Position numbers and translations under genes: made by a program. Of a stretch of DNA of 15,288 nucleotides, positions 15,239 to 15,288 are shown piece by piece. Under the pieces are notes generated by a model. That model made no database searches. It saw only the letters and a program-made list of their open reading frames with translations, and was not told where the DNA came from. The first letter of the stretch is position 1. Each line of letters begins with the position of its first letter. The stretch is from a virus. The stretch lies in the UHGV virus genome UHGV-0106422; one strand, given 5' to 3'.

Positions 15239-15288
15239 CCCATTCGACGCATAACTAAACGTCAAGCAACGTTTGATAAAACACTATC

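Noticed and set aside
15239-15288. AT-rich inverted repeat AAACGT-CAAGCA-ACGTTT after the last gene as a terminator
   Set aside because: The stem is short and AT-rich with no following U-run, and the window ends before the context can be judged.

Overview
This window reads as the early/immunity/replication region of a lambdoid (lambda-like) prophage from an enterobacterial host, called from sequence reading and recalled protein families only (no searches run). Left to right: a 5'-truncated P4-type tyrosine integrase, a convergent AlpA/Xis-like excisionase, a minus-strand recombination module (RecE-like exonuclease VIII plus RecT/Bet-family annealing protein), five small minus-strand early genes of unknown function, a ~450 bp regulatory gap with an ATTGGTTA(A/T)T repeat array, then an AT-rich two-gene cassette directly downstream of the cI repressor on the same strand (the slot rexAB occupies in lambda). 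This is followed by the divergent cI/cro operator region, cro, cII, replication genes O (with internal origin iterons) and P, a Ren-like gene, and five accessory ORFs. The most interesting element is the cI-linked cassette (7906..9314): a small protein with a nucleotidyltransferase-like GS...DxD motif translationally coupled to a 310 aa protein with no motif I recognise. It is a candidate lysogen-expressed phage-exclusion system, but that is inference from position, composition and one motif.
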